Positions 58,955-59,100 of a stretch of DNA of 59,100 nucleotides are shown here, piece by piece. A program made the position numbers and the translations under genes. The stretch is from Malacoraja senta (lineage: Eukaryota), in contig JAXLNO010002656.1 of assembly GCA_038087875.1 (NCBI GenBank), positions 62,001 to 121,100 on the forward strand, written 5' to 3'. Positions within the stretch are counted from its first letter, which is position 1, and each line of letters starts with the position of its first letter. The notes beneath the pieces are model-generated. The model was not told where the DNA came from. It saw only the letters and a list, made by a program, of their open reading frames with translations, and made no database searches.

Positions 58955-59100
58955 AGGGGGAACATGCACAGGCACTTGCAGGCCGATCCCCGCATTTTAT
59001 AATTCACACTATATTCACACTTAATATAGCCCTTAAGGCCGATTTCTGTCTTATTTCCAAACCATTTCCCCAAACCCCTCCCCAAACTCACGAAGCCGAC

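Noticed and set aside
57897-58975. Long repetitive ORFs (CITGCIKGNA)n and (GMHASLAALK)n, and a CRISPR-like appearance
   Set aside because: They arise from a stop-free 30-bp minisatellite and a CT tract. There are no unique spacers or cas genes, and the context is eukaryotic.

Overview
Vertebrate genomic DNA, most likely from a cartilaginous fish (skate/ray-like). This is inferred from the repeat content (HE1-like tRNA SINEs, CR1, Penelope end repeats) and is not proven. Most of the window is transposon-derived. The one clearly supported host gene is on the + strand: a nonclassical MHC class I-like gene with exons alpha2 (7763-8038), alpha3 (16824-17090) and TM (19781-19888), and a probable cytoplasmic exon at 41664-41704. 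Leader and alpha1 exons were not found and are presumably upstream. The alpha2 domain has lost several peptide-anchoring residues and has hydrophobic groove positions. The candidate tail reads RKKRRDYQNI, close to the CD1b sorting motif RRRSYQNI, so the gene is CD1-like in character. The TM-to-tail intron holds a nested stack of about 17 kb: an old L1, a DIRS1 element, a small retroposon and a near-intact L1. Two diverged DIRS1-type tyrosine-recombinase retrotransposons (23448-28467 and 43647-48614) keep complete terminal and ICR architecture. They also share cis-elements outside the textbook model as I know it: a covarying helix around the ICR, a leader hairpin with a splice donor, and an AATAAA/donor pair in the 3' extension. 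Other features are a hAT transposase relic, Rex/Babar, RTE and L1 fragments, a solo LTR, and an ERV env end with its 3' LTR. At the right end is a CpG/ETS promoter with a first exon, followed by a 20 x 30-bp UGCAUG-rich minisatellite. All alignments were done by eye; no database searches were run.
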